Shown: in pieces, positions 63,759 through 64,000 of the stretch
Position numbering within the stretch: position 1 is the stretch's first letter
Layout: each line of letters opens with the position of its first letter
DNA from: Podarcis filfolensis
Taxonomy: Eukaryota
DNA length: 64,000 nt
Direction: 5' to 3' (one strand)
NCBI GenBank assembly: GCA_964270895.1
Contig: OZ185437.1
Notes under the pieces: model-generated
The model's database searches: none
Told to the model about the DNA's origin: nothing
What the model saw: only the letters and a program-made list of their open reading frames with translations
Translations under genes and position numbers: made by a program

Positions 63759-63962
63759 GAAGAAGAAGAAGAAGAGTTTGGATTTGATATCCCGCCTTTC
63801 ACTCCCCTTCAGGAGTCTCAAAGCGGCTAACAATCTCCTTTCCCTTCCTCCCCCACAACAAACACTCTGTGAGGTGAGTGGGGCTGAGAGACTTCAGAGA
63901 AGTGTGACTGGCCCAAGGTCACCCAGCAGCTGCATGTGGAGGAGCGGAGACGCAAACCCAGT
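63759..63962 (-). mobile_element. Squam3-like SINE, 5'-truncated (A-box missing)
   Basis: (GAA)n tail at 63759, then near identity to the reverse complement of 15365-15567. Homology stops just 5' of the B-box. Confidence 0.9.
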
Positions 63963-64000
63963 GTTGAGTGAGGGCTTCTTTTCTCTTTATCTAGAACTTT

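Noticed and set aside
1-64000. CRISPR arrays, operons, prophage or defence systems
   Set aside because: The sequence is spliced vertebrate intron/exon DNA with no regularly spaced repeat-spacer array or dense ORF packing.

Overview
This is vertebrate nuclear DNA from a squamate, probably a lacertid lizard judging by its SINE and MITE families. The whole window lies inside ARID1B (+ strand), a SWI/SNF (cBAF) subunit. Five coding exons splice in frame with canonical GT-AG sites: 11135-11378, 36434-36523, 48051-48230, 57814-58141 and a 129-nt phase-symmetric exon at 59858-59986. They encode part of the low-complexity S/P/G/Q region upstream of the ARID domain. The rest is intron containing tRNA-derived SINEs, hAT and Tc1/mariner MITEs (several with intact TSDs), CR1, L2 and RTE-X-like LINE fragments, a probable DIRS-like gag remnant and microsatellites. 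Almost all ORFs in the supplied track are spurious. The top observations are: (1) a 1.16-kb CpG-rich, non-coding retro-insertion (20997-22153) with a 21-bp TSD, a (GA)n tail, a near-perfect CTCF motif at its 5' tip and a splice donor that could join ARID1B in frame; (2) a young SINE flanked by an exact 99-bp direct repeat; (3) the 129-nt candidate cassette exon followed by a QKI/RBFOX motif cluster; (4) a decayed ~1.25-kb antisense coding segment; (5) a perfect 13-bp-arm palindrome. Repeat family names come from recalled consensus features, not database searches. No prokaryote-type system (CRISPR, operon, defence island) is supported.
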